Of a stretch of 32,000 bases of DNA, positions 30,807-32,000 are shown piece by piece. How positions within the stretch are numbered: the stretch's first letter is position 1; the number at the start of each line of letters is the position of its first letter. The position numbers and the translations under genes are program-made. Source of the stretch: an uncultured Actinomycetes bacterium (GTDB lineage Bacteria; Actinomycetota; Actinomycetes; S36-B12; CAIYMF01); assembly GCA_963843975.1 (NCBI GenBank), contig CAWJMG010000001.1:1140001-1172000 (forward strand), written 5' to 3'. The notes beneath the pieces were generated by a model that ran no database searches, was not told the origin of the DNA, and saw only the letters and a program-made list of their open reading frames with translations.

Positions 30807-31328
30807 TCAGCCCCCGTGCAGCGACATGATGCGTCGCCCGAGCTCGCTCATGGCCGCGCGCAGGTCGACGGGCAGCAGCACCTCGACGTCGGGTCCGAGC
30901 GCCAGCAGCTCGCGCACAGCGTCGTCGTCCGACGTGAATCGGAACGAGCCCTCGATCCAGTCGGGGTGCTCGGCCGAGCCGTCCGGGACCGGCCGCTGAC
31001 GCCATCCGTCGGGCGCCCCGACGACCAGCACCCGCTGCAGCGCGGACGGCGAGATCCGCACGCGCACACGGCGTATCCGCCCTTGCGTCGTTGCCACCGC
31101 GGCGCCCCCCGGCACAGCAGGGGCTGGCTGCTGGAACGTGTCGAGCAGCTCGAACCCGCCGTGCGGCCCGCGTACGGCGTAGACCGGGACTCCGGTCGCA
31201 CTCAGCTCGTCGAGGTCGCGCAGCACCGTCCGCTCGGACACCTCGAGCCGCCGCGCGAGCTCGCGCGCGGTCACCCGGCCCTCGGTCTGCAGCACGAGCA
31301 GGACCGACAGAAGACGCGCTGCGCGCAC
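30807..31328 (-). CDS. Short YafY-like transcriptional regulator (N-terminal HTH plus C-terminal extension domain, apparently without a full WYL domain)
   Basis: Lies inside track ORF 30807..31388(-). The GTG at 31328 ((M)RAARLLSVLLVLQTEGRVTARELARRLEVSERTVLRDLDELSATGVPVYAVRGPHGGFEL) has GAGAGG 8 nt upstream. A GTG at 31334 is an alternative start. Confidence 0.82.
   Translation of the reverse strand: MRAARLLSVLLVLQTEGRVTARELARRLEVSERTVLRDLDELSATGVPVYAVRGPHGGFELLDTFQQPAPAVPGGAAVATTQGRIRRVRVRISPSALQRVLVVGAPDGWRQRPVPDGSAEHPDWIEGSFRFTSDDDAVRELLALGPDVEVLLPVDLRAAMSELGRRIMSLHGG
30856..30929. repeat. Right copy of the 74-bp direct repeat (see 29087-29160), inside the intact YafY-like gene
   Basis: gcgcgcaggtcgacgggcagcagcacctcgacgtcgggtccgagcgccagcagctcgcgcacagcgtcgtcgtc; 69/74 identical to the left copy, same orientation, 1769 bp apart. 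Confidence 0.8.
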
Positions 31329-31378
31329 GGCCACCGCCTCTCGCAGCCACCCGGATTCCTCGGACGGATTCCGGTGTA

Positions 31379-31397
31379 CATGACACAAGGTGTCATG
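31379..31397. promoter_or_regulatory. Perfect palindrome CATGACAC-AAG-GTGTCATG between the divergent YafY-like and SRPBCC genes (candidate operator)
   Basis: Read directly. It is flanked by two copies of CGGATTCC (31352-31359 and 31365-31372). Confidence 0.45.
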
Positions 31398-31420
31398 AAT
31401 AGGCGGGCAGAGTCGGGCGC

Positions 31421-31852
31421 ATGCCCACCTTCGAGGCGACCACCTCCGTCGCCGCCCCGCCCGCCGCTGTCTGGGACTCCCTCCTCGCGACCGATCGGTG
31501 GACGGTGTGGGACCCGCAGCTCGAGAGCGTCGCCGGCCGCCTGGCCGACCGAGGCCGCCTCGAGATCCGTGTGAAGGACAACCCGCGGCCGTTCACGCTC
31601 AAGGTCTCCCGCTGGGAGCCGCACCGGCGGATCGTTCTGACGGGCGGCATGCCGCTGGGGCTGTTCACCGGCACGCGCACCTACACGCTCGCCGACGGCG
31701 ACGGCGGCAGCACGTCGGTGACCGTCCGCGAGACCTACACCGGTCCGCTCGCCGGCCTCATCGGAAGGTCGATCCCCGACCTGCAGCCCTCGTTCGACTC
31801 CTTCGTTTCCGGCCTGCGGCGCGACGCCGAGGGCCAGGATCAGCACCGATGA
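31421..31852 (+). CDS. SRPBCC-superfamily (START/polyketide-cyclase-like) protein
   Basis: Track ORF 31421..31852. MPTFEATTSVAAPPAAVWDSLLATDRWTVWDP... is the typical opening of this fold family, and the 143-aa size fits. Confidence 0.8.
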   Translation: MPTFEATTSVAAPPAAVWDSLLATDRWTVWDPQLESVAGRLADRGRLEIRVKDNPRPFTLKVSRWEPHRRIVLTGGMPLGLFTGTRTYTLADGDGGSTSVTVRETYTGPLAGLIGRSIPDLQPSFDSFVSGLRRDAEGQDQHR

Positions 31853-31877
31853 CCCCCGAGCACCCCGAGGAGCGTCC

Positions 31878-32000
31878 ATGACCGACCACATCGAGGGATC
31901 CGGCACCGCCGAGGACCCCTGGATCCTGACCACGCCCGTCGGCACGTCCGAGTTCGACGCGTGGCGGGTGCAGGACTCCGACCCGCCCGCGCTGTGGGTG
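31878..32000 (+). CDS. Hypothetical protein, N-terminal 41 codons; the gene continues beyond the right edge
   Basis: Manual translation from the ATG at 31878 gives MTDHIEGSGTAEDPWILTTPVGTSEFDAWRVQDSDPPALWV. The frame stays open to the window end, and third codon positions are mostly G/C (36 of the 40 codons after the ATG by hand count). Confidence 0.5.
   Translation, partial: MTDHIEGSGTAEDPWILTTPVGTSEFDAWRVQDSDPPALWV

Noticed and set aside
20309-31397. Recurrence of CATGAC(G): upstream of the transporter (about 20309), in the palindrome upstream of the alpha subunit (26077-26094), several times in 26790-26950, and in the YafY palindrome (31379-31397). This could indicate a common regulon.
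   Set aside because: A 6-7-mer is expected several times by chance in 64 kb of two-strand sequence. The two palindromes differ in arm sequence and spacer (CCATGACG-N2 versus CATGACAC-N3), and several hits simply contain start codons.
1-32000. A scan for CRISPR arrays, IS/transposase or integrase genes, toxin-antitoxin pairs, restriction-modification or other recognisable defence genes, and rRNA.
   Set aside because: No regularly spaced repeat array, no transposase/integrase-like translation and no nuclease/methylase/ATPase defence signatures were seen in any frame. The only mobile-element trace is the tRNA remnant with its neighbouring repeats.

Overview
The window is high-GC (roughly 70%), densely coding, actinobacterial-type chromosomal DNA with about 30 genes. 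Many neighbouring genes share 4-bp ATGA/GTGA start/stop overlaps. Contents from left to right:

- **1-2284:** a partial acyl-CoA-ligase-like gene, an M24 peptidase and a TetR regulator.
- **2531-7837:** a Dpp/Opp-type peptide ABC transporter. Its lipoprotein binding-protein gene is split over four reading frames (at least 3 single-base frameshifts). The two permease and two ATPase genes are intact.
- **7838-8236:** a ~400-bp non-coding stretch. It holds a 42-nt 3' remnant of tRNA-Arg(ACG) with its own terminator, plus short AT-richer direct repeats. This may be an old integration junction.
- **8237-13382:** a homoserine-dehydrogenase-like gene divergent from a translationally coupled operon of Baeyer-Villiger monooxygenase, glutamine-synthetase-like enzyme and esterase.
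- **13453-19372:** an MpaB-family gene, then a minus-strand run of YncE-propeller/phosphoesterase lipoprotein, DUF3494 ice-binding-like secreted protein and class F sortase.
- **19661-21574:** a DoxX gene and an unassigned membrane transporter.
- **21597-26049:** a complete six-gene tmoABCDEF-type soluble di-iron monooxygenase cluster. The alpha-subunit gene carries an in-frame TAG at codon 42 and the effector gene carries a frameshift.
- **26240-29007:** an orphan 141-aa ORF, an 830-bp gap with a perfect 14-bp hairpin, then an ECF sigma factor and a membrane protein with a His/Asp-rich repeated tail.
- **29029-32000:** a truncated YafY-type regulator fragment, a CBS / ChaB-Rho_N / acidic-protein cassette, an intact short YafY-like regulator, an SRPBCC gene and a partial ORF.

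I found no CRISPR array, IS element, integrase, rRNA or complete tRNA. I did not recognise a defence system. The notable signals are the gene-inactivating lesions, the tRNA remnant, the unusual BVMO/GS-like operon, the His-rich ECF partner, and a 74-bp direct repeat flanking a three-gene cassette. All homology statements come from reading the translations by eye; no database search was run.
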